64,000 nt of DNA from an uncultured Solirubrobacterales bacterium (GTDB lineage: Bacteria > Actinomycetota > Thermoleophilia > Solirubrobacterales > Solirubrobacteraceae). How positions within the stretch are numbered: the stretch's first letter is position 1; each line of letters starts with the position of its first letter. The notes under the pieces were generated by a model. The model made no database searches. It saw only the letters and a program-made list of their open reading frames with translations, and was not told the origin of the DNA. This document shows, one piece after another, positions 52,271 through 60,597 of the stretch. The position numbers and the translations under genes were made by a program. The stretch covers positions 1,687,412 through 1,751,411 of the forward strand of contig CAVSWG010000001.1 of the NCBI GenBank assembly GCA_963731565.1. Reading direction: 5' to 3'.

Positions 52271-52502
52271 ATTGAAAGAACCTGAATACGAGGGATCGTG
52301 TGAAAAGCGCGCTACCCCGTCCGTGCTGCCTCAAACAGGCCGGGGGCACGGGGTCTCGCTCCCTTAAAGATACGAAATCCGAGCGAGAATCCCAAATCCC
52401 CTGCAAATGGAGGGTTTTTTCGGCCCCAACGGTGTTACGAACGCTTCACAGGTGCAGTCTCAGGCGCTTCCTCAACGCACCCTTAGGCGCTTGACACGAC
52501 AC

Positions 52503-53411
52503 TCACAGGCGCCGGCCGGCGAGACCCTCTGCAGCCTCTATCAAGGAGGCATAGTCATCGGCCGCGTGGCCCCGACCCATCGTCGCGGCAAGCACGTCGC
52601 GCGCGTGGGCGGCGGCGGGGAAGGGGATGCCCGCCGCCTGCGCTTCCTCCAGGCACAAGCGCACGTCCTTGAGTAGGTGCTCGGTCTTGAACAGCGTTGT
52701 GTAGTCGTGCTCGCGCATCGCCCCCGACTTCATCTGCAGTTGAGCCGAGGCGCCCGATCCGCTCATCGTCACCTTCACGAGCGCGTCCAGGTCCACTCCG
52801 GTGGCGTTGGCCAGCAGCAGCGCCTCCGCGACCGCCGCCGCGTTGGCCGCGCCCAGGGAGTTGTTGATCAGCTTCAGCATCTCTCCTTGGCCCAGCTTGC
52901 CGACGTGCACGACTAGCTCGCCCATGCTCTCGAGCAGCGGTCTCGCGCGCTCGAAGTCCTCCGGCTCGCCGCCGGCCATGATCGTCAGCGTGCCCGCCTC
53001 GGCGCGTGGCGAGGATCCGGTAACGGGCGCGTCCATCATGCGGATCCCGCGGTCGGTCAGCCGCCCTGCGATCCGACGCGTATCGGTCGGGGCGATTGTC
53101 GACATGTCCACGCACAGCAAGCCTCCGTCTGTGCTCCCGCTCTGCTCCCGTGCGCCTTCGGCGACGCCATTCGGCCCGCACAGCACGCTCTCCACCTGTA
53201 CTCCGTCGACCACCATGCTCACGACGATGTCGCTTGTGCTCGCCACCTCCGCCGGTGTGGCCTTTGCGATCGCGCCATGCTCGGAGGCCCATCGCTCGGC
53301 CTTACCCTCAGTGTGTGTCCACACGCTCAACTCATAGCCAGCCTTGGCCACGTTCGCCGCCATGCGCGAGCCCATGATCCCCAGGCCCAGGAACCCGATC
53401 CGCTCAGGCAT
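52503..53411 (-). CDS. NAD(P)-dependent oxidoreductase, 3-hydroxyisobutyrate dehydrogenase family
   Basis: 302 aa. Has the Rossmann motif IGFLGLGIMGSRMAANV and a HIBADH-like C-terminal domain. Confidence 0.85.
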   Translation of the reverse strand: MPERIGFLGLGIMGSRMAANVAKAGYELSVWTHTEGKAERWASEHGAIAKATPAEVASTSDIVVSMVVDGVQVESVLCGPNGVAEGAREQSGSTDGGLLCVDMSTIAPTDTRRIAGRLTDRGIRMMDAPVTGSSPRAEAGTLTIMAGGEPEDFERARPLLESMGELVVHVGKLGQGEMLKLINNSLGAANAAAVAEALLLANATGVDLDALVKVTMSGSGASAQLQMKSGAMREHDYTTLFKTEHLLKDVRLCLEEAQAAGIPFPAAAHARDVLAATMGRGHAADDYASLIEAAEGLAGRRL

Positions 53412-53486
53412 ACGGGAATCCGATCCGCTCAGGCATACGGGAATCCGATCCGCTCAGGCATACGGGAATCCGATCCGCTCAGGCAT
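53395..53486. repeat. 25-bp tandem repeat, 3 full units plus a 17-nt partial unit, reiterating the start of the dehydrogenase gene
   Basis: The unit is ccgatccgctcaggcatacgggaat. On the minus strand each unit reads ATGCCTGAGCGGATCGGATTCCCGT (MPERIGF...). Confidence 0.95.
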
Positions 53487-53508
53487 GCACAGGCTCCTCG
53501 TTCGTCGC

Positions 53509-55086
53509 TCACGAGCGCGATGAGGCTGGGTCGGGCGGCTCGGAGAATGGGCCGTACCCTCCTCCGCCGGGAGTTTCGATGCGAAGTCGCTCACCTGCTT
53601 GCAGCCTACCCGTCACCTTCGCCGGCAGCCCTCGGGGCGGCTCGCCTCCTGCAATCAGCGTGTCCTGGCCGCGCTCACCCGCCTCACCGCCATTGGCGCC
53701 TGCAGGAGCGTGACGACGGCGCTCGCCGATCAGCGAGAAGGTCATGTCCTCCAGAGCTTCGATCTCGCGCACCACGCCCTCGCCGCCCCTGTGCTTTCCC
53801 GCGCCGCCTGAGCCACGACGCATCGCATACTCGGTGACCCGCAGCGGCAGTTCGCGCTCCAGCGCCTCAATCGGCGTATTCAACGTGTTGCTCATCGCCA
53901 CGTGCACCCCGCTCGGACCATCCGCCTCCTCACACGCGCCCTGGCCGCCACCGAGCGTCTCGTAGTAAGCGAAGTCCTCGTTGCCGAGCGTCAGGTTGTT
54001 CATCGTCCCTTGCCCGAGCGCACATCCGAAAGCGCCCAGCACAAGATCGGCTACGCGCGAGGAGGTCTCCACATTGCCGGCAGCCACCGCCGGGGCGGGC
54101 TTGGCGGGATGTGAGGCGAGGTCCTCGTGCTTCCGAGCCCTGGGCGCTTGTGCGTTCAGCAGCGAGCCTTCTGGGACCAGCACCTCCACAGGCCGGTATG
54201 CGCCCGCCGATGGCGGGATGTCCGGATCTGTCAGCACCCGCACCGCAAACCAGCATGCCGACAGGGTCACGGCCAAGGGACAGTTCAGGTTGCCGTCATG
54301 CTGGGCAGCCGAGCCGCTGAAGTCGAGCACAAGCCGCTCTCCTTCCACGGTGGCCTTCACGCGCAGTACCAGATCGCCCTCGGTCGCCTCCAGCACGTCT
54401 TCGGCTTCGCGCACACCATCTTCCAATCCGGCGATGCACGCGCGCGTACGTCGCTCGGCATAGTCAAGCACCGCATCCATAGCCTCTTCGAGGCGCCCTT
54501 CGCCCACGCGCTCAGCGAGCTCGACGAGCCGCAGAGCGCCGATGCGGTTGGCGGCAAGTTGCGCCTTCAAATCGGCCTTGCGCTCCTGGGGGTCCCGCAT
54601 TTGCACGACGAGCTCCTCGATCGCCTCGGCCGTGAGCTCACGCGGTTGGATCACCACGCCCTCCTCCGCAAGTGTGCGACTGTCGGCCGGCATCGACCCG
54701 GGCAGCTTCCCGCCCACGTCGGCGTGATGGGCGCGGTTGGCCGCGAACCCGATCAGGCTCCCTGCGAACACCGGAGTCACAACCGTGATGTCAGGCAGGT
54801 GTGTGCCGCCGGCGAACGGGTCGTTCAGCACCCAAGACACCCCAGGCCGGTGCTCCTTGCCGAGCACCGCTACCACGGCGGCCGGCATCGACCCAAGGTG
54901 CACGGGGATGTGCTCCGCTTGCATCACCATCTCCCCCTGCCTGTCGAACAGCGCAGTTGAAGCATCCTTGCGCTCCTTAATGTTGGCTGAGTGCGCGGCC
55001 TTGCAGAGCGTTGCGCCCATCTCCTCGCACGTCGCTCTCAACGCGCCCACGATCACTTGCAACTCGATCGGGTCGAGCGCGCTCAT
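53509..55086 (-). CDS. hyuB: hydantoinase B/oxoprolinase-family protein
   Basis: 525 aa. The N-terminus LDPIELQVIVGALRATCEEMG is typical of HyuB. Overlaps the hyuA stop. Confidence 0.9.
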   Translation of the reverse strand: MSALDPIELQVIVGALRATCEEMGATLCKAAHSANIKERKDASTALFDRQGEMVMQAEHIPVHLGSMPAAVVAVLGKEHRPGVSWVLNDPFAGGTHLPDITVVTPVFAGSLIGFAANRAHHADVGGKLPGSMPADSRTLAEEGVVIQPRELTAEAIEELVVQMRDPQERKADLKAQLAANRIGALRLVELAERVGEGRLEEAMDAVLDYAERRTRACIAGLEDGVREAEDVLEATEGDLVLRVKATVEGERLVLDFSGSAAQHDGNLNCPLAVTLSACWFAVRVLTDPDIPPSAGAYRPVEVLVPEGSLLNAQAPRARKHEDLASHPAKPAPAVAAGNVETSSRVADLVLGAFGCALGQGTMNNLTLGNEDFAYYETLGGGQGACEEADGPSGVHVAMSNTLNTPIEALERELPLRVTEYAMRRGSGGAGKHRGGEGVVREIEALEDMTFSLIGERRRHAPAGANGGEAGERGQDTLIAGGEPPRGLPAKVTGRLQAGERLRIETPGGGGYGPFSEPPDPASSRS

Positions 55087-57134
55087 GCTTCTTGCCCCGA
55101 GCTTGCGGGTGAGCTCGTGCGCGGTAGGCCGCCATCTGCCGGTTTCGTGCCTTCCCTCGTCAGGATCACGGTCCCGTGCTCATCCACGCTCCCGCTCCAA
55201 CCCGGCGGTACGAGCAGGGTTGATCCCGGCATCGCGCACAGGGCTGGTCCACACACGTGGGTGCCCGCCGGCAGCTCGCCGCGCCATAGCTCTGCCTCGA
55301 CAGGCTCTCCCTCGAATACCACTTGTGTGCTCGCCGGCGTTGCTGGTTCTCCCATCGCGCTGCACAGCCGCAGGGCGGGCCGCGGTCCGCCAGCGGACAC
55401 GCGCACGTTCACCAGCTCCACCTCAGCATCGTCATCGCGGTAGCCGTAACGTCGCTCATGTGCCTGCTCGAACGCCTCACGTAGCTCATCTATCTCGCCT
55501 TCCACCGCCAGCTCGAACGACTGGCCCCGATAGCGCATCTCATAACGCACATCGATGCGCTCCACCGGACCATCGAGTTCGTCGGTCGCACGCTCTACCA
55601 ATGCCGCCAGCTCTTCGCCGACGCGCCGGCTTGTGAGAGCCGCGCCGCTAAGCATCACTGTCCTCGAGGTATCACGCCGTGGAGCAGCCGCGGCAAGCCC
55701 AAGCGCGGAGAGGACCCCGCTCGCGCGTGGGCACAACACGCGCTCCATCTCCAGCTCACCAGCCATCGACGCTGCGTGCAGGGGCCCTGCGCCACCAAAC
55801 GGCATCAAGGCGAAACGACGCGGATCGATGCCCTGCTCGACCGTCATGACCGCCAACGCCCGCCTCATCTCGGTCTCGGCGACCCGCACGATCCCTTCCG
55901 CGCATACGATCGGATCGAGGTCGACCTCGTGCGCGAGCGCTCTCACCGCGCGCTCGGCCGCCTCCCGATCGAGCCTCACGTTTCCGGCGAGTGGGGTGTC
56001 AGCGAGCAGCCTGCCCAGCACCAGGTTCGCGTCCGTCACGGTCGCACGCTCGCCCCCACGGCCGTAGCAGGCCGGTCCCGGCACCGCGCCCGCCGACTCC
56101 GGCCCTACGCGCAGGGCTCCACCCGCGTCGCGCCACGCGATCGAGCCGCCGCCCGCTCCCACTGTGTGGATGTCAAGCGCCGGCAGCGCCAGCGGTCGTC
56201 CCGCCACGGTGCGCTGTGCGGTCTCAGCCACCTTGCCGCCGTCGATCACACAGACATCACAAGAGGTGCCGCCCATGTCGAAGCACAGCACGTCTGCTTC
56301 CCCGCTTGCCTCACTCAGCAGCAGGGCGCCACCGACACCACCCGCCGGCCCGGAGAGCACGGTCAGCGCGGCATGGGTCCCGGCACGGCGAGCGTCAGTG
56401 AGCCCGCCCGAGGACTGCATCACCTGCACTTCCGGCAGCTCCTGCTCGGCGGCCTGCTGTCCGAGCCGCTCCAAGTAAGCGCTCAGCAGGGGGGACAGGG
56501 CGGCATCCACCTCCGTGGTGCAGGCCCGCTCGTACTCTCTGAACGTCCCAACCAGATCGTGTGACAGCGACAGGTGCGCCCTCGGCAGGCGCTCTTTGAT
56601 TAGCTCGCCCAGCCTGCGCTCGTGTTGTGGGTGGGCGTAGGAATGCAGCAGCACCACAGCCACCGCCTCGGGCTCTGCTGCCACCAGACGCTCAAGCAGC
56701 GTCTCGCAGGCGCTCTGCTCGAGCGTGCGCAACGGACTATCCGGTCCCATCCGCTCTGGCACGCCGAAGCGGAGCTCTCGTGGAGCTAGTGGCTTGGGGC
56801 CCGCCTCGCATAGGCGATACAGGCTTGCTCGTGCCTGACGTCCTAGCTCGACGATGTCGGTGAAGCCATCGGTTGCAACCAGCGCGGTGCGCGCGGGTGG
56901 GTGGGCGTCGGATAGCTCGAGCAGGGCATTGGTGGCGACAGTCATACCGTGCGCAAACCGCTCGACTTGGTTGGCGTGTGCGCTCGCACGCTCGAGTACC
57001 GCCTTCACTGCCGCCAGCACGCCCGCCTGCTGTTCGCCTGGCGTACTTGGCGCCTTAGCGGTATGCGCAGTTCCGTCTGGCTCCACCAGCACCGCATCGG
57101 TGAAGGTCCCGCCGACATCTACCCCAAGCAGCAT
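55083..57134 (-). CDS. hyuA: hydantoinase A/oxoprolinase-family protein
   Basis: 683 aa. Has MLLGVDVGGTFTDAVLV and the ASKHA fold pattern. Confidence 0.9.
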   Translation of the reverse strand: MLLGVDVGGTFTDAVLVEPDGTAHTAKAPSTPGEQQAGVLAAVKAVLERASAHANQVERFAHGMTVATNALLELSDAHPPARTALVATDGFTDIVELGRQARASLYRLCEAGPKPLAPRELRFGVPERMGPDSPLRTLEQSACETLLERLVAAEPEAVAVVLLHSYAHPQHERRLGELIKERLPRAHLSLSHDLVGTFREYERACTTEVDAALSPLLSAYLERLGQQAAEQELPEVQVMQSSGGLTDARRAGTHAALTVLSGPAGGVGGALLLSEASGEADVLCFDMGGTSCDVCVIDGGKVAETAQRTVAGRPLALPALDIHTVGAGGGSIAWRDAGGALRVGPESAGAVPGPACYGRGGERATVTDANLVLGRLLADTPLAGNVRLDREAAERAVRALAHEVDLDPIVCAEGIVRVAETEMRRALAVMTVEQGIDPRRFALMPFGGAGPLHAASMAGELEMERVLCPRASGVLSALGLAAAAPRRDTSRTVMLSGAALTSRRVGEELAALVERATDELDGPVERIDVRYEMRYRGQSFELAVEGEIDELREAFEQAHERRYGYRDDDAEVELVNVRVSAGGPRPALRLCSAMGEPATPASTQVVFEGEPVEAELWRGELPAGTHVCGPALCAMPGSTLLVPPGWSGSVDEHGTVILTREGTKPADGGLPRTSSPASSGQEA

Positions 57135-57160
57135 CGCTCGAGATTATTCCGGACGGTTGA

Positions 57161-57202
57161 CGGGGTCCGCGTCCGTGCTAATGGTCACGTGCGCGGACCC
57201 CG
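57161..57202 (-). terminator. 11-bp inverted repeat hairpin between genes
   Basis: cggggtccgcg-N20-cgcggaccccg. It lies downstream of the 57221-57655 gene and upstream of hyuA. No U-tract. Confidence 0.35.
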
Positions 57203-57220
57203 ACGGCCGTCAGGTGGGCG

Positions 57221-57655
57221 TTAAGCTGCCGCCAAGCGCTCTTGGTGCTCGGTGTCTGCCAGGTGCTGGTGTGACGGGCAATAGCCATTGTGGGGCAACG
57301 GCACGCGTTGGCATGTTGAACCTTTACGCGTGGTTGCGCGACAGGTGGGTGGCTCGTCGGTTACTGCCGCGTAGGCCTCGACCGGATGCTCCACGAGGAA
57401 GCGCTGGGCGAGGCTGACATAGCGGCACACTGTCTGCAACACACGCTCTTGAGCGCTCATCGGGAAGTAAGTCCTGATGTCGCAGAACAGCGTGCGTGCC
57501 GGCTTGGCGAAATAGTGGCGGTCGGTGGCCAGGCGCTCCATTGCGGACTCGCACGCGTCCAGCACGTGCTTATGGTTTGACCCTTCCGCGTCGGGGCGCG
57601 ACTCCGTTATATACGGTGCCAACTCCCTGTATATGGCTCGACTGAATTGGTACAT
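57221..57655 (-). CDS. hypothetical protein with a C-terminal CCCH motif
   Basis: 144 aa from the ATG at 57655, preceded by aaggaag. The C-terminus CRATTRKGSTCQRVPLPHNGYCPSH suggests a zinc site. Confidence 0.5.
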   Translation of the reverse strand: MYQFSRAIYRELAPYITESRPDAEGSNHKHVLDACESAMERLATDRHYFAKPARTLFCDIRTYFPMSAQERVLQTVCRYVSLAQRFLVEHPVEAYAAVTDEPPTCRATTRKGSTCQRVPLPHNGYCPSHQHLADTEHQERLAAA

Positions 57656-57878
57656 GGGCTCTGCTTCCTTGAACACCCTGTCCGGTCGAAAGGACCGGTT
57701 TTGTCAAGTATCCAAGCCATTCCTAAGCGGCACAGAAGTAATTCATTAAGCCCAGGTTATGTTTAGCGCTCAATGGGCGTTTTTTTCGGATAACGCGTCG
57801 TTTCTGGCGCCTGAAGCGCTTCAGCCCGCTATCCGCACCCTTTGGAACTTGTCCCAAAGCAGTCGATGAGACAGATCT

Positions 57879-59531
57879 CTACTCCCACTCTTTCCATTTG
57901 AGCTGGCCGTCGCCCTCGACCGTAACGTGCCAACCGTCGAGCCGCGTGTCGCGATTGGGCCGGTCGCTGCGAGCATGAGTGCCGCGGCTCTCCTCACGCT
58001 CGATCGCCGACCGTGCGATCAGGCGCGCAAGTGGGTGAGGGTCCGTGAGTAGCCTCGTCAACCCCTCGGCTGAGCGCTCGATCCCCGCGTGTTCCCACAA
58101 GGCTATCCTGGTGCTCTGCTCAACGGGTGCGGTTGGTCTAAGGTCGGTATCGGAAGATTGTGCCGGAGCGGTTGGCTCAAGAGTCTCAGCTGGTGCCTGG
58201 CTGACAGCCGGGGATACCATCGCCGGAATCGTCTTCGACAGCGGGAGCGAAGGCTCTTCGAGCCCCGCCAGCGCCGCCCTGCGCCCGAACACGAAGCACT
58301 CGCTCAGCGAGTTCGATGCGAGCCGGTTCGCCCCGTGTAGCCCCGTGCAGGCAGTCTCACCTACCGCGTACAGCCCGGCCACGGCCGAGCGCCCGTGCAA
58401 GTCGGTCACCACCCCGCCGATCGTGTAATGGGCGGCCGGAGCGACAGGCACCAGCTCACGCGTTGGGTCGAGCCCAGATTCGCGCAACGCACCCACCACG
58501 TTCGGGAACAGGCCTGGGTCGATCGCCCGCATGTCGAGACTCACAGACCTCCCTCCGTCTTCGCGCAGCTTGTTCTTGATCGCGCGCGAGACCTCATCAC
58601 GGGGTGCGAGCTCGTCCACGAAGCGCTTGCCTGAAGCGTCGTGCAGTGTGGCTCCCTCGCCACGGATCGCCTCGGTTATCAGGAACCCTTCGCGGCCCTC
58701 CACACCGATCACCGCGGTTGGGTGGAACTGCACGAACTCGAGATCCGCGAGTGTGGCTCCGGCGGAGTGCGCGAGCAGTAGGCCTTGGCCGACCGACCCA
58801 GGTGGGTTGGTGGTACGCGCCCACAGCGCCGCCGCGCCACCGGTGCTGAGCACGACCGCGCGTGCCGTCACCGTGCGTCCCTTCGATCCGGGCTCGGAAG
58901 AATCCCCGAGTGGCTGGCACACCACTCCGCGACAGCGTCCCTCATCGCACAACAGACCGCCAACGCGGGCGCCCTCGATGACCTTGACGCGCTCGTTGGC
59001 TACCACCAGCGCGGAGAGCTCACGCAACAGCCTCCGTCCTGTCGCGCTCCCGCCGGCGTGCACGATGCGCCGCACCGAGTGACCGCCCTCCAGGCCGAGC
59101 GCCAAGCGTCCGCGGCGATCGGCGTCGAAGTGAAATCCCAGCCCTTCGAGATCGCGGACGCATTCGGGGGCCTCGCTCACGAGCACTTCGGCGGCTGAGG
59201 GGCGCACCGCCCCGCGTCCCGCCTGCTCTGTGTCGCTCAAGTGGAGGCCCAGGCTGTCGTCCGTTGCCAATACCGCAGCCAGGCCGCCCTGCGCCCAATA
59301 GCTCGCGGTCTGCGCCAGGGGCATCGCCGACAAGAGAGCCACGCTAGCTCCCTCGCGCGCCGCGCACAATGCGGCATAGAGGCCGGCTGCCCCGGCCCCG
59401 ACCACGACTAGGTCTAGGTCCGCTGCTTGCCCTTTGTCTGTACGTCCCAGAGGGTGTGCTGGTTGAGATGCCTGTGCCCGTGAAGGCTTTGAGCCCTCGG
59501 CGGGGGGGCTCATGCAGTGCTCATCCGGCAA
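57879..59531 (-). CDS. nadB: L-aspartate oxidase
   Basis: Has FAD-binding DLVVVGAGAAGLYAAL and HGANRLASNSL. Start is uncertain (59531 or 59513). Confidence 0.9.
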   Translation of the reverse strand: MPDEHCMSPPAEGSKPSRAQASQPAHPLGRTDKGQAADLDLVVVGAGAAGLYAALCAAREGASVALLSAMPLAQTASYWAQGGLAAVLATDDSLGLHLSDTEQAGRGAVRPSAAEVLVSEAPECVRDLEGLGFHFDADRRGRLALGLEGGHSVRRIVHAGGSATGRRLLRELSALVVANERVKVIEGARVGGLLCDEGRCRGVVCQPLGDSSEPGSKGRTVTARAVVLSTGGAAALWARTTNPPGSVGQGLLLAHSAGATLADLEFVQFHPTAVIGVEGREGFLITEAIRGEGATLHDASGKRFVDELAPRDEVSRAIKNKLREDGGRSVSLDMRAIDPGLFPNVVGALRESGLDPTRELVPVAPAAHYTIGGVVTDLHGRSAVAGLYAVGETACTGLHGANRLASNSLSECFVFGRRAALAGLEEPSLPLSKTIPAMVSPAVSQAPAETLEPTAPAQSSDTDLRPTAPVEQSTRIALWEHAGIERSAEGLTRLLTDPHPLARLIARSAIEREESRGTHARSDRPNRDTRLDGWHVTVEGDGQLKWKEWE

Positions 59532-59760
59532 GCGTCACAAGCGCTGCCGCGAGCACACCAAGCGACAGCACTACGATCACCGCGAACGCGACCACAAGCG
59601 CCTTCCATTTCGGTTGCGCTGCCAGTCTTGTGCGCGCAGCGGCTCCGCAATACAGGCACCAGCTCTGCTCCACTTTCAGCGGGGACCCACACAGAGGGCA
59701 GGCTTCCTGCACAGCTTCTCCACCCGTTGCGCTTGTGGGTGGAGCAGGGGCCACGCTCAT
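59521..59760 (-). CDS. small zinc-ribbon membrane protein
   Basis: 79 aa. Has CPLCG...CLYCG followed by one TM helix (ALVVAFAVIVVLSLGVLAAALV). Confidence 0.55.
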   Translation of the reverse strand: MSVAPAPPTSATGGEAVQEACPLCGSPLKVEQSWCLYCGAAARTRLAAQPKWKALVVAFAVIVVLSLGVLAAALVTLAG

Positions 59761-60596
59761 ATGCCCTTCGCCGGCGGTCGCAGGATCTGGGTCGGTTCGT
59801 CCTCCTCGACCCGGTCGGGCCCTTTGGGCCCGGGCGAGGCAGGCTCAGGTTTGGCCTCCACCGGGGCCGTGGTGGGGTTGATGGGACGCCCCGGCCCCGT
59901 ACTGGGAGCTGACGCAGGAGCGGGTGGAGATGCCGAAGTAGCCGGCGAGGATGTGGGTGTTTGCGCTGGCGGGGATGTCGGTGCGGGTGCTGGCTTTGAC
60001 ATTGGCGCCGGCGTGGATACGGATGTTGGTTGGGGCGCATGCGCTGGAGTAACCAAGGCCTGTGCCTGCACCGCCGAGCTCACCGGGGCGGTCGAGATTG
60101 GACGGTCGGCGTTCGCGTCGAACGCCAGTCCACAGCCAGGGCAAAAGCGGTCATCGCTGCCGTGAATGGCTGCACAGCGCGGGCACGCGGCGATCCCCAC
60201 TTCGCGCAGCACGGTCACCGGCCTGCGTTCGCGTAGTCCCCCTTCGAGCTCGCGCACCTCCGTGTCGATCTGGCGAAGTGTCGCGAGCTTGGCGAGCACC
60301 AGCGGGTCGTTGCGCTGTCCAAAGCGATGCAGGTCGAACACAAGCCCGCCGAGGTCGCGGTATGCGAGCTCGCGCGCCTTGCGCAGGAAGCGTGCTCTGC
60401 GGCGCATGCGCCCGCGCTCGCCAAAGCCAGGCACTGGGATCTGCTCGCTGTCCGGCTCGGCGGTCGGCTGTGCATGATCGGCCGTCTGCTCGGTTACCGG
60501 TCCGGTCGTGGGCTGAGCCTGGGTGGCCATCTGCTGCGTCCCGTCTGCTGCCCGCGGCGTCTGCCCCGCTTCGTCTGCGCCTGCCACAGCTCCCAT
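59757..60596 (-). CDS. hypothetical zinc-ribbon protein with a Pro/Ala/Thr/Ser-rich tail
   Basis: 279 aa. Has a coiled region, then CPRCAAIHGSDDRFCPGCG, then a tail of about 110 low-complexity Pro-rich residues. Confidence 0.55.
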   Translation of the reverse strand: MGAVAGADEAGQTPRAADGTQQMATQAQPTTGPVTEQTADHAQPTAEPDSEQIPVPGFGERGRMRRRARFLRKARELAYRDLGGLVFDLHRFGQRNDPLVLAKLATLRQIDTEVRELEGGLRERRPVTVLREVGIAACPRCAAIHGSDDRFCPGCGLAFDANADRPISTAPVSSAVQAQALVTPAHAPQPTSVSTPAPMSKPAPAPTSPPAQTPTSSPATSASPPAPASAPSTGPGRPINPTTAPVEAKPEPASPGPKGPDRVEEDEPTQILRPPAKGI

Positions 60597-60597
60597 G

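Noticed and set aside
53395-53486. Possibility that the 25-bp tandem repeat is a small CRISPR array.
   Set aside because: The units are directly abutting with no spacers. The unit is a copy of the adjacent gene's 5' end, and no cas genes are present.
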